Shown here: piece by piece, positions 34,471 through 41,815 of the stretch
Layout of the letters: each line of letters opens with the position of its first letter
How positions within the stretch are numbered: position 1 is the stretch's first letter
IMG/VR virus record: IMGVR_UViG_3300027736_000059
Location: 1-55,283 of that record
Length of the DNA: 55,283 nt
Direction: 5' to 3' (one strand)
Source: a virus
Taxonomy: Duplodnaviria; Caudoviricetes
Position numbers and translations under genes: made by a program
Notes under the pieces: model-generated
Databases searched by the model: none
What the model saw: only the letters and a program-made list of their open reading frames with translations
What the model was told of the DNA's origin: nothing

Positions 34471-34863
34471 CTCGCACACGGAAGGGATTTTTAACTTTCC
34501 CTCCTTACGATAGCGTATGTATATACTTATATATGTATACAAAACCATACATCTTATACAGTTTTATGTATATATCTAACACAAAGCATGTTAGAAGCCG
34601 TAGAACCCGTTAGAATCTAACAGACACTATTCAAGCCACTAACCCCTTGGCTATTGGATAAAAGGTCTGTAAAGACCCATTAAGGCGGCTTGCTGAGGAT
34701 GTTGCAATGGAAAGCAATCTCGACTGTGCAATCAACAACTTCATGTCAATACCTTTCATCAAATGCAAGTATCATTCATGAATACAGCAAGCTGAAAGAG
34801 GGGGTGGTGTACACACAGATGTGTTATGCTATCATTGAGTCTGAAAGAAAAAGAAGAAAAGAG

Positions 34864-34890
34864 TTGACAGATGCCATCATTGTGTGTAAC
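34864..34890 (+). promoter_or_regulatory. Possible late-arm promoter
   Basis: TTGACA-N15-TGTAAC; similar in layout to the capsid promoter but with a short spacer. Confidence 0.3.
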
Positions 34891-35131
34891 ACTCAAAGCT
34901 GTGGGGGGTAGGGGGGCTATGAAGTCTTCATAGTTAATTAGAGCCTCTTAGAGTTCTATAGCGTTAAAGAAACTGTTTTAATATACAATGGTAGCTATAG
35001 TATTTAAAGTAGTTAGACTATTCTTTTATTCTTATTTCTCTTTGTTTTCTAAATTAGAGTTCTAATTATCTACTTAAGCAATTACAATGCCAACTATGCT
35101 ACTTAAAAGCTAAAAGCTACAATTCCACATT

Positions 35132-35422
35132 ATGAAACAAACTGAGAGTACAGCATCTACACTACTAAGAACTAAGAAAGAATTAGATGCTGATGGATTG
35201 TTATACTCTCCACCCTATTCTGTTATGGCACAGGTCTATATAGCTATGCATAACGACAGAATGGAAACAGTTCATATTCCTCACAGTGATGTTTACTTTG
35301 TTAGGACAGCGTTAGAAAAGCGCACAGGTTATTGGTTCCCTCTTGATGCTGTTGAATATGCAATGAAGCAAGAGGGATGGAATGATAGGAAAGGAGCTAG
35401 TAGGTTTTCTATTAGCGAATAA
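35132..35422 (+). CDS. Hypothetical protein
   Basis: HIPHSDVxFVR motif; first ORF of the late arm. Confidence 0.65.
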   Translation: MKQTESTASTLLRTKKELDADGLLYSPPYSVMAQVYIAMHNDRMETVHIPHSDVYFVRTALEKRTGYWFPLDAVEYAMKQEGWNDRKGASRFSISE

Positions 35423-35425
35423 CAA

Positions 35426-35698
35426 ATGGAAATTAAAAGAGGAACAGAAGTCTTCAGCGGGTACAATAAGCCTAAGGCTACCCCGCAGCATCCGACTAAG
35501 AGCCATGTTGTGTTAGCCAAAGAAGGCGATAAGGTTAAGCTTATTCGTTTTGGACAGCAGGGTGTTAAAGGCGCAGGAGCGCATCCAACAACAGAAAAAG
35601 AGAAGGCTAGGCAGAAGAGCTTCAAAGCTAGACATGCCAAGGATATAGCAATTGGAAAGATGTCAGCGGGTTATTGGGCTGATAAGGTTAAATGGTGA
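35426..35698 (+). CDS. Small basic protein (DUF6321-like)
   Basis: GYNKPKxTPxHPTKSHVVLAK, IRFGQQG, SFKARH, YWADKVKW. Confidence 0.75.
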   Translation: MEIKRGTEVFSGYNKPKATPQHPTKSHVVLAKEGDKVKLIRFGQQGVKGAGAHPTTEKEKARQKSFKARHAKDIAIGKMSAGYWADKVKW

Positions 35699-35773
35699 TA
35701 TAACTAGTTTAGTGGCTATACTATCAACCAATCGTTGGTAATATAGCTAGTTTAATATTAACAAGGAACAGCA

Positions 35774-36061
35774 ATGGCAACAGCAGCAGAAAAAGTAGCG
35801 ATGTATAGAGAGAAGGCTAAAGACACTACCCTTCCTCAAGATGTACGCAATGCCTATTTGGATAAGGCTACAGAGCTTGAATACAAAGCATACGAAGAAA
35901 CGAAGGCTGGAACCACCAAGTCTTCTACTCCCCCACAACCAGCTAAGATGGCTGTAGGTGGAGCAGTGAAACCTCGTTGGTTAAAACCAATGAAGATGGC
36001 TACAGGTGGTTATGTTAATTGTGGAGCTTCGGTTCCTCCTGCTCAGAAAGGCAAAAAATAA
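35774..36061 (+). CDS. Small protein with two MAxGG motifs
   Basis: AAGGA SD; KMAVGG, KMATGG, NCGASVPP. Confidence 0.7.
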   Translation: MATAAEKVAMYREKAKDTTLPQDVRNAYLDKATELEYKAYEETKAGTTKSSTPPQPAKMAVGGAVKPRWLKPMKMATGGYVNCGASVPPAQKGKK

Positions 36062-36062
36062 A

Positions 36063-36305
36063 ATGGCTACTAAGAAAATTGTTCAAGGTAAAGAGACGTA
36101 TGCTTCCAAGGCTGCGATGATGAAGCATGAGAAAAGCGAGCCTCTAAAGAAACAAATGAAAGAAGACATGGCTATGATGGCTAAGGGTGGTGCTGTCAAG
36201 AAGAGTGCTAAGACTCCTGCTGTTGCCATTGTAATCGGCATGGGCAAGCCTAAGGGCAAGATGATGATGAACAAAGGTGGTATGGCTAAAGGAAAGAAAT
36301 GCTAA
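36063..36305 (+). CDS. Small Lys/Met-rich basic protein with MAKGG/MNKGG motifs
   Basis: YASKAAMMKHEKSE; start reassigned to MATKK. Confidence 0.7.
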   Translation: MATKKIVQGKETYASKAAMMKHEKSEPLKKQMKEDMAMMAKGGAVKKSAKTPAVAIVIGMGKPKGKMMMNKGGMAKGKKC

Positions 36306-36306
36306 C

Positions 36307-36471
36307 ATGGCTACGAAACTTTCTAAAAAGCAAACTGCCAAAGTGGGCAAAGTGATGCATGAGTTTAAGGGCAAGTCTTTGCATAGTGGCAAAGGTGGCC
36401 CTGTGGTTAAGAATCCAAAGCAAGCAATCGCTATTGCCTTGTCTGAAGCTTCCAAGCTAAAGAAGAAGTAA
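36307..36471 (+). CDS. Small basic protein (DUF6496-like)
   Basis: KVxKVMHEFKxxxLHSGKGGPVVKNPKQAIAIALSEA. Confidence 0.75.
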   Translation: MATKLSKKQTAKVGKVMHEFKGKSLHSGKGGPVVKNPKQAIAIALSEASKLKKK

Positions 36472-36474
36472 GCC

Positions 36475-36843
36475 ATGCCATTTGAGGCATCAAGTAAGTT
36501 TAAAACAGAGGGTGCTCGTATTACGGCTACGGCTCCCGATGCTAGCGCTCAGCTTGTCTATCAATGTCCTCCTAACTTCTCAGCTATTATTAGGCTTCTA
36601 AACATTGCTTCTGGGTCATCAGCTAATAAAACCATTGCTGTACAATTTTATCATGTAGAAGACTCTACCTATCATTACTTATTGAATGACTATGTAATGA
36701 CTAGTAATAGTTCATTTAATGTTTTAAATGCTGGTATCATGTCTTTGCATCAGAACGATAAAATTGTAGCTCACACTAATTCTGCTAGCAATTTTGACAT
36801 TGTTATATCTGTAGAAGAATACTTTGACCCTGTTAGGAGATAA
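36475..36843 (+). CDS. Beta-sandwich virion-type protein
   Basis: YxCPxNxxA...LxxxDKI pattern; beta-rich composition. Confidence 0.55.
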   Translation: MPFEASSKFKTEGARITATAPDASAQLVYQCPPNFSAIIRLLNIASGSSANKTIAVQFYHVEDSTYHYLLNDYVMTSNSSFNVLNAGIMSLHQNDKIVAHTNSASNFDIVISVEEYFDPVRR

Positions 36844-36846
36844 CAC

Positions 36847-37029
36847 ATGGCTACTACAAGCAAAAGCTCTGTTGCTAATCCATACACTAAGCCTACACTG
36901 AGAAAGAAGATATTGTCTCAGGTTAAGTCTGCTGCTGTTCAAGGCACAGCCGCTGGTGAATGGTCAGCTAGAAAAGCACAGCTTGTGGCTAAGAAATACA
37001 AAGCTGCTGGTGGTGGGTATAAGACATGA
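36847..37029 (+). CDS. Basic protein, N-terminal half of a DUF5872-like family
   Basis: YTKPTLRK...GEWSARKAQLVAKKYKAAGGGY. Confidence 0.7.
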   Translation: MATTSKSSVANPYTKPTLRKKILSQVKSAAVQGTAAGEWSARKAQLVAKKYKAAGGGYKT

Positions 37030-37259
37030 AAGCCTCTCAGAAATCTCTGAAGGATTGGACAGATCAGAAGTGGACAACTAAGTCTGGTAAGCCTTCATCT
37101 AAAACTGGAGAGCGCTATCTGCCAGAAGCAGCAATAAAGGCTTTAACTCCTGCTGAGTATGCTGCCACAACAAAAGCAAAACGAGCAGGTACAGCTAAGG
37201 GTAAACAATTTGTAGCACAGCCTAAGTCTGTTGCTTCTAAAACAGCGAGATATAGATAA
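37026..37259 (+). CDS. Basic protein, C-terminal half of a DUF5872-like family
   Basis: QKSLKDWTxQKWTTK...RYLP...GKQFVAQP. Confidence 0.7.
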   Translation: MKASQKSLKDWTDQKWTTKSGKPSSKTGERYLPEAAIKALTPAEYAATTKAKRAGTAKGKQFVAQPKSVASKTARYR

Positions 37260-37630
37260 TGGCAAAAGAACTAGACGAAAGACAAAAGAAATTCCTAGAG
37301 ATACTGTTTGAAGAGGCAGCAGGTAATCCTCTTGTTGCAAAGAGATTGGCTGGCTACTCTGATGGCTATTCCACCAAAGAACTAATTAACTCTTTGAAGG
37401 AAGAAATCTCTGAAGCCACCACGCTGTTCATTGCTATGAATGCTCCCCGTGCTGCTTGTGCTATAATCAGCGGCATTGATAGTCCTACACAATTAGGACT
37501 TAAAGAGAAGTTGAGTGCAGCTAAGGATATGCTTGATAGGGCTGGTCATGTTAAGACAGACAAGGTTCAAGTTGAAGCCATGAACGGTATTATGATTTTA
37601 CCTGCTAAGGATAAATCCGAGGAAGACTAA
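37259..37630 (+). CDS. Putative terminase small subunit
   Basis: LxERQKKFL..LF...AxRLAGY HTH-like N-terminus, AAKDxLDRAG, ILPAK; upstream of TerL. Confidence 0.65.
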   Translation: MAKELDERQKKFLEILFEEAAGNPLVAKRLAGYSDGYSTKELINSLKEEISEATTLFIAMNAPRAACAIISGIDSPTQLGLKEKLSAAKDMLDRAGHVKTDKVQVEAMNGIMILPAKDKSEED

Positions 37631-38076
37631 TGACTGAACGCACTGCTGGTAAGTGGATACTGCCACAGCCAGAAGAAGGTAAGGAATATGTTTCAGTACC
37701 TCAGCTATCCAGAACAATACCGTTTGGCTACAAGAAAGACGAAGAGAATGAAGGGTGGCTCCTTCCTATTCCGTTAGAACTAGATGCTCTTGAGGAAGCC
37801 AAGAAATATCTTAAGCAATATTCATACAGGCAAGTTGCTGCTTGGATTACAACAGCAACAGGAAGACAACTTTCTCATGCAGGACTCAAGAACAGAATAG
37901 AACATGAACAGTCGAACAGGAGAAAATCTTCAACTTACCGCCTCCTTGCCCAGCGGTACGAAGAAGCGCTTAGGAAGGCCGAAGAATACGAAAAAAGAAT
38001 CGGAACCGAAGGAAGCTTCTTTGAGTCCGATCATTTTAGAGACATCTCTTCCACCTTCAGAACCAGCGATATCTAA
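37630..38076 (+). CDS. HTH DNA-binding protein (recombinase-like PFGY motif)
   Basis: IPFGY...SYRxVAxW...GRxxSHxGL. Confidence 0.6.
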   Translation: MTERTAGKWILPQPEEGKEYVSVPQLSRTIPFGYKKDEENEGWLLPIPLELDALEEAKKYLKQYSYRQVAAWITTATGRQLSHAGLKNRIEHEQSNRRKSSTYRLLAQRYEEALRKAEEYEKRIGTEGSFFESDHFRDISSTFRTSDI

Positions 38077-39493
38077 TATCGTTGTTCCCACTTCCACACA
38101 GAATGTAATCTTCAAGCCCAATGATGGGCCTCAGACATTCTTCCTATCTGCTTCTGAAAGAGAAGTGCTATATGGTGGAGCCGCTGGCGGTGGCAAGAGT
38201 TATGCCATGTTGGCAGACCCTCTTCGCTACTTAGCCCATCCACAATTCTCTGGATTGCTGCTACGCCACACAACAGAAGAGCTTCGTGAGCTTATCTGGA
38301 AAAGCCAAGAAATATATCCCAAGATTTATCCCAACATCAAGTGGAGTGAGAGGAAGATGCAGTGGGTAGCACCGTCTGGGGCTAGGCTTTGGATGTCCTA
38401 CCTAGACAGAGACGAGGATGTGCTGAGATATCAGGGATTAGCCTTTAGCTGGATAGGCTTTGATGAGCTTACGCAGTGGCATACCCCCTTTGCTTGGAAT
38501 TATATGCGCTCACGGCTGCGTACTCCAGCAGCAGACCTCCCAATTTACATGAGAGCCACCACAAATCCGGGTGGCCCCGGTCATGCTTGGGTTAAAAAGA
38601 TGTTTATTGACCCAGCACCAGCAGGAAAACCCTTCTGGGCTACAGATATTGAGACTGCAACTGTATTAAGCTACCCAAAAGGACACACTAAAGAGGGTCA
38701 ACCCCTGTTTAAACGCCGTTTTGTACCTGCTATGCTGTCTGATAACCCATATTTGGCTGAGACAGGCGACTACGAGACGATGTTGTTGTCCCTTCCTGAG
38801 CATCAACGCAAGCAATTGCTAGAAGGAAACTGGGATATTGCAGAGGGAGCAGCCTTTTCTGAGTTTAATAGGGCCATACATGTGGTAGAACCCTTTGACA
38901 TCCCAAGTAATTGGGTAAAGTTTAGGTCATGCGACTATGGATATGGTAGTCATAGTGCTGTTGTTTGGTTTGCTGTTACTCCAAGTGAGCAAATTATCAT
39001 CTATCGTGAGTTATATGTATCAAAGGTGTTGGCAAAAGACTTGGCTCACATGGTATTGAAGGCAGAACAGAACGATGGCACTATAAGATACGGAGTATTG
39101 GATAGCAGTTGCTGGCATAAGCGTGGAGATACTGGCCCTTCCCTAGCAGAACAGATGATTATGGAGGGATGCCGCTGGCGACCTTCGGATAGAAGTGCTG
39201 GTAGTAGGGTTGCAGGTAAGAATGAGATGCATAGAAGGTTGCAGGTTGACCCATTTACAGAAATGCCAAGAATGGTTATAACTAGTAACTGCGTAAATAC
39301 AATAGCTCAGCTTCCTATTATTCCTTTGGATAAAAAGAATCCTGAGGATATAGATACAAAGACGGAAGATCACTTATATGATGCAATTCGCTATGGCATT
39401 ATGAGCCGTCCTAGAAGTAGTTTGTTTGATTATAATCCAGCAAACAGTAAACAGTATGGGATGAAAGTAGCTGACCCAGTTTTTGGTTATTGA
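37904..39493 (+). CDS. terL: Terminase large subunit
   Basis: YGGAAGGGKS Walker A, FDELTQ Walker B, TTNPGG, nuclease DYG and DHLYDAIRY; start uncertain. Confidence 0.93.
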   Translation: MNSRTGENLQLTASLPSGTKKRLGRPKNTKKESEPKEASLSPIILETSLPPSEPAISNIVVPTSTQNVIFKPNDGPQTFFLSASEREVLYGGAAGGGKSYAMLADPLRYLAHPQFSGLLLRHTTEELRELIWKSQEIYPKIYPNIKWSERKMQWVAPSGARLWMSYLDRDEDVLRYQGLAFSWIGFDELTQWHTPFAWNYMRSRLRTPAADLPIYMRATTNPGGPGHAWVKKMFIDPAPAGKPFWATDIETATVLSYPKGHTKEGQPLFKRRFVPAMLSDNPYLAETGDYETMLLSLPEHQRKQLLEGNWDIAEGAAFSEFNRAIHVVEPFDIPSNWVKFRSCDYGYGSHSAVVWFAVTPSEQIIIYRELYVSKVLAKDLAHMVLKAEQNDGTIRYGVLDSSCWHKRGDTGPSLAEQMIMEGCRWRPSDRSAGSRVAGKNEMHRRLQVDPFTEMPRMVITSNCVNTIAQLPIIPLDKKNPEDIDTKTEDHLYDAIRYGIMSRPRSSLFDYNPANSKQYGMKVADPVFGY

Positions 39494-39507
39494 TATTAAG
39501 GAATAAT

Positions 39508-41607
39508 ATGGTAGAGAAGCAAAAAGCGCTGGGAGATAAAACCTTAGCCCTAGATGATATTAAATCTGTAGAAGATTCAGAAGCTACTGGTGGCGGTATT
39601 ATTGCTTATGTGCAAGAACGCTTTACTAGGTCTGAGACAAGTAGAAAGCAAGACGAGACAAGATGGCTCCGCGCCTATCGCAATTATCGTGGTATCTATG
39701 GAACTGATGTACAGTTTACAGAACATGAGAAGTCTCGTGTATTCATTAAAGTAACCAAGACAAAAACTCTAGCTGCCTACGGTCAAATCATTGAGGTATT
39801 ATTTTCCAACAACAAGTTTCCTCTTAGCGTAGACCCTACTGTTCTTCCTGATGGTGTGGTTGAGAGTGTACACTTTGACCCTAACGACAAGACCCCACCT
39901 GTTCCAAAGAAGAAAACAGAGATTCCTTTTGGTGATAGTGGTAGTGAGGCTATTCCTAGTGGGTTCTCATTAGATGATCTAGAAGAAATGCTAGGCTCTA
40001 TGAAGGATGAACTCAAAGACATCCCCAATCTAAAAGAAGGGCCGGGGGTTACTCCTTCATCCGTCACCTTTAGTCCTGCTATGGTGGCAGCTAAGAAGAT
40101 GGAGAAGAAAATCCATGACCAGTTAGATGAGACAGGAGCTTCTAAGCATCTACGTTCTACTGCTTTTGAAATGGCTCTGTTTGGAACGGGCGTTATGAAA
40201 GGCCCATTTGCTGTCAACAAAGAATATGCTAGCTGGGATGGGGATGGTAAATATAAACCAACAATTAAAACTGTACCAGAAGCATCACATGTTTCTATCT
40301 GGAACTTCTATTGGGATGCAGACGCTAACAACACAGAAGATTGCCAGTATGTTATTGAGCGGCACAAGATGTCGCGTACTCAGCTTAGAGCGCTAAAGAA
40401 ACGTCCGCATTTTAGAGCCAATGTAATTGACCAAATCATTGAAGAAGGTGAAGGCTACGTTAAGAGATATTGGGAAGACGATCTAAAAGATTATGCTCCC
40501 ACCTTTGGCGTTGAGCGCTTTGAAGTTTTGGAATATTGGGGTAATGTAGATATTGATTTGTTGGAGGAGAATGACGTAGTTATTCCTGAAGACATGAAAG
40601 AAGCTGGTGAACTACAAGCTAATATCTGGTATTGCAACGGTAAGATTCTTCGTCTTGTTTTGAATCCTTTCAAGCCAGCGCGTATTCCTTACTACGCTGT
40701 TCCTTATGAACTCAATCCCTACTCCTTAGCTGGCGTTGGTATTGGTGAGAACATGGATGATACGCAGACACTGATGAATGGCTTCATGCGTATGGCTGTT
40801 GATAATGCTGTGCTGTCTGGTAATCTCATCTTTGAAATTGATGAAACTAATCTTGTCCCCGGTCAAGACCTATCTGTGTACCCCGGCAAAGTGTTCCGCA
40901 GACAAGGGGGCGCTCCGGGTCAGTCGCTGTTTGGAACTAAGTTTCCAAATGTTTCCAATGAGAACCTACAACTATTTGATAAAGCTAGACAACTAGCAGA
41001 TGAGTCCACAGGACTTCCATCATTCTCTCATGGTCAGACAGGCGTATCTGGAGTAGGAAGAACTGCCAGCGGTATCAGCATGTTGATGAATGCTGCTAGC
41101 GGCAATATCAAAACAGTCATTAAGAATGTGGATGATTATTTGCTTGCTCCTTTGGGTGAGGCTTTCTTTAACTTCAATATGCAGTTTGACTATGATCCTG
41201 AGATTAAGGGAGACTTGGAAGTAACGGCTAAGGGAACAGAAAGCTTGATGGCTAATGAAGTTAGAAGCCAGCGATTGATGCAGTTCTTGCAGATTGCTAG
41301 CCAGCCTTCACTTGCTCCGTTTGCTAAATTCCCTTACATCATCCGTGAAATTGCAAAGAGCATGGACTTAGACCCCGACAGAGTTACCAACAACATGGAC
41401 GAGGCTATGAAGCAAGCGTTCTTAGCTCAGCAGAATGCACCTCCTGCACCTCCTGCTGCACCAGCCGGTGCTGCTCCACAGGGCGCTCCCCCGCAAGGCG
41501 TAGCTGGCCCTCCTAGCGTGGCAGACATGAGTGGTGGTGGCGGTGGCAACATTGGTGTTGGCGCTGCTCCTGCGCCCGGAGAACAAGGATTTAGCGGCAA
41601 TGTCTGA
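39508..41607 (+). CDS. Portal protein
   Basis: Follows TerL; FGTGVMKGPF, GxGIxENM, RTASGISML, Pro/Gly-rich tail; start reassigned (AAGGA SD). Confidence 0.88.
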   Translation: MVEKQKALGDKTLALDDIKSVEDSEATGGGIIAYVQERFTRSETSRKQDETRWLRAYRNYRGIYGTDVQFTEHEKSRVFIKVTKTKTLAAYGQIIEVLFSNNKFPLSVDPTVLPDGVVESVHFDPNDKTPPVPKKKTEIPFGDSGSEAIPSGFSLDDLEEMLGSMKDELKDIPNLKEGPGVTPSSVTFSPAMVAAKKMEKKIHDQLDETGASKHLRSTAFEMALFGTGVMKGPFAVNKEYASWDGDGKYKPTIKTVPEASHVSIWNFYWDADANNTEDCQYVIERHKMSRTQLRALKKRPHFRANVIDQIIEEGEGYVKRYWEDDLKDYAPTFGVERFEVLEYWGNVDIDLLEENDVVIPEDMKEAGELQANIWYCNGKILRLVLNPFKPARIPYYAVPYELNPYSLAGVGIGENMDDTQTLMNGFMRMAVDNAVLSGNLIFEIDETNLVPGQDLSVYPGKVFRRQGGAPGQSLFGTKFPNVSNENLQLFDKARQLADESTGLPSFSHGQTGVSGVGRTASGISMLMNAASGNIKTVIKNVDDYLLAPLGEAFFNFNMQFDYDPEIKGDLEVTAKGTESLMANEVRSQRLMQFLQIASQPSLAPFAKFPYIIREIAKSMDLDPDRVTNNMDEAMKQAFLAQQNAPPAPPAAPAGAAPQGAPPQGVAGPPSVADMSGGGGGNIGVGAAPAPGEQGFSGNV

Positions 41608-41815
41608 TAAGTCTTATCTACCCAAGTTAAAAGGACTGGTTGCAAACAACAATCAATGGGAGGGCTTTTGTGAAATGCTTCAATTTAATATTGAACAGCA
41701 ACAACGAAAGCTTGAACAAGCAACTGAACTCCGAGAAATACATCAAGCTCAGGGAGCTATAACTATGCTGCGTCAAATGAAATATCTCAAGGAAGAAATA
41801 AATGCCCACAAATAA
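41600..41815 (+). CDS. Small coiled-coil head-associated protein
   Basis: LEQA....IxxAQGAIxxLRxxKxLKEE; located after the portal gene. Confidence 0.65.
   Translation: MSDKSYLPKLKGLVANNNQWEGFCEMLQFNIEQQQRKLEQATELREIHQAQGAITMLRQMKYLKEEINAHK

Noticed and set aside
34521-34533. ATATACTTATATA matching the reverse complement of 45253-45265
   Set aside because: Low-complexity AT sequence with only two copies; too weak to call an operator.
34268-34911. ORFs 34268-34477 and 34690-34911
   Set aside because: No SD or recognisable motifs; they run through GC-rich repeats and promoter-like sequence in the control region.
37991-37997. A_AAA_AAG -1 frameshift heptamer
   Set aside because: It is not in the reading frame of either overlapping gene, and fusion to TerL would need +1 rather than -1.
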